Below are positions 30,832 through 32,000 of a stretch of 32,000 nt of DNA, one piece after another (position 1 is the first letter of the stretch; the number at the start of each line of letters is the position of its first letter). Below the pieces are notes generated by a model that was not told the origin of the DNA, ran no database searches, and saw nothing but the letters and a program-made list of their open reading frames with translations. The stretch spans positions 18,221 to 50,220 of the forward strand of contig BAAFSQ010000054.1 of assembly GCA_054661495.1 (NCBI GenBank). The letters run 5' to 3'. The translations under genes were made by a program, and so were the position numbers. The stretch comes from Zygophlyctis sp. KS116 (Eukaryota > Fungi > Chytridiomycota).

Positions 30832-31897
30832 ATGTCAAAGAAACGCTCAGTTCTTGGAGTTTTAGAAAATCATCATGATAATCTTCCAAAAGTAAGAATA
30901 TTTAGATTAATTTCTATAGAATCCTATTGTTAAGCGTCAAAAGATTACAGTAAATGTCGCAGCGATTGCCGCCCAAGTAGTTAGAGAGCGTAGAAAAGGA
31001 AAGAAACTTAATGTTATTAAAAGAGATTCTGGGATTTCTATAGAGACTAAAAAGGACCTAGAGAAAGAAATCTACGCGCCAATTAAAATATTTAAGGAAT
31101 TACCACTTTTATTACAGATTAAAGATGATCCGTGTCTAGTCTCTGAATATTCTTCAGAAATTTTTGATGTGCTGATAGAAAAGGAATCATCAAGAATTAT
31201 TAATCCTGATTACATAAGTCAGCAATCAGAATTGTCATGGTCAATGCGATCTATTTTAGTTGATTGGATTACACAGGTTTCTTTTAAATTCAACTTACTT
31301 CCGGAAACGTTGTTTTTGTCTATAAATTATTTAGATACATTTCTATCATTAAAACCAATCTCAGTTCAAAAATTTCAATTGGTAGGAGTAACATGCTTGA
31401 TGGTTGCATCTAAATTTGAAGAAATTTATCCACCGAAAATGAAGGAATGGATTTATTCTTTAAACTCATCTTTTAAAAGTTCAGAATTGGCATTGGCGGA
31501 AAGGTATTTTCTTAAAATATTGAATTTCAATCTATGTCATTCGTACACCTTTCATTTTCTACGTAGAATTTCTTCAGCGGATGGATATTCAATTGCTCCT
31601 AGAACATTGACAAAGTATTTATTGGAATTATCTCTTTTAGATGAACGGTTTTTAAAGTATACATCTTCGCAAATTGTTGCCGGTTGTTTTGCACTCTCTT
31701 ACTCACTTTTAAAACTAGATTGGACATTTAAACAAGAGATTCACGCTGGGCACTCTTTTGATGAAGTTAAAGGAATCTCATATTTACTTTTAGATTTATT
31801 GAAAAGACCCGGGCTATCAGATTCTTTCATTGTTTATAAATACTCTTTGAATCAGTATGGAGGAGTCTCGAAATGGCTGAACAAGATTTTTTATTGA
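30832..31897 (+). CDS. B-type cyclin, about 345 aa
   Basis: Exons 30832-30891 and 30920-31897 (28-nt intron; upstream ATG 30751 also possible). D-box RSVLGVLEN, DDPCLVSEY, cyclin box MRSILVDW...ETLFLSINYLDTFLS...QLVGVTCLMVASKFEEIYPP, and fungal-type FLRRISSADGY..PRTLTKYLLEL. Confidence 0.93.
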
Positions 31898-32000
31898 TCT
31901 TACAAATAATAAATATCATAAACGTATTTCTAATTTCTAAATGTAGATATTTAATAGCATTTGGTGGAATATATAACTGAATCTGACTGAATCTGCTGAT

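Noticed and set aside
109-30919. U12-type (AT-AC or GTATCCTT) introns
   Set aside because: None of the reconstructed introns has the U12 donor or TCCTTAAC branch consensus.
31976-31995. Tandem ACTGAATCTG x2 at the window end
   Set aside because: Only two copies at the window edge; not enough to call a telomere or satellite.
1-32000. Alternative genetic code, programmed frameshifting or mass pseudogenisation as the cause of fragmented ORFs
   Set aside because: Every break in a conserved gene coincides with a short GT/GC-AG segment whose removal restores frame and motifs. TAA, TAG and TGA all serve as real stops.
1-32000. Prokaryotic origin, CRISPR array, rRNA/tRNA genes or transposons
   Set aside because: All recognisable genes are eukaryotic and spliced. 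I saw no repeat-spacer array, cloverleaf, rRNA-like tract, transposase/RT ORF or terminal repeats.

Overview
This is AT-rich, extremely gene-dense eukaryotic DNA in the standard genetic code. It most likely comes from a flagellated (zoosporic, chytrid-like) fungus: fungal-type PDA1, CCC2, CLF1, APN2, SAC3 and B-cyclin sit beside the axonemal/basal-body genes EFHC1/Rib72, a TTC25/ODAD4-like gene, FAM183/CFAP144 and a centrin-like gene. The ORF track is fragmented because genes are cut by about 57 tiny spliceosomal introns. By hand reconstruction nearly all are 23-33 nt, two are GC-AG and one is a 48-nt outlier. Splicing them out gives about 22 genes. Two are not apparent from the ORF track: a CD225/dispanin (IFITM-like) membrane protein with an N-terminal ExxxLL sorting motif (13063-12565) and FAM183/CFAP144 (23328-22878). 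Other notable signals: same-strand genes that overlap (11 nt, and a bacterial-style ATGA) or lie 12-29 nt apart; an intronless island (15.7-19.4 kb) of signal-peptide proteins, two of which share an unrecognised helical repeat (candidate effectors); a 716-aa protein packed with TQT-like motifs and carrying a recent 372-nt tandem duplication; a centrin with EF-hand 3 replaced by an insertion; and a GAATGAC motif upstream of flagellar genes. All gene models are manual and all family calls rest on motif recognition; no database search was run.
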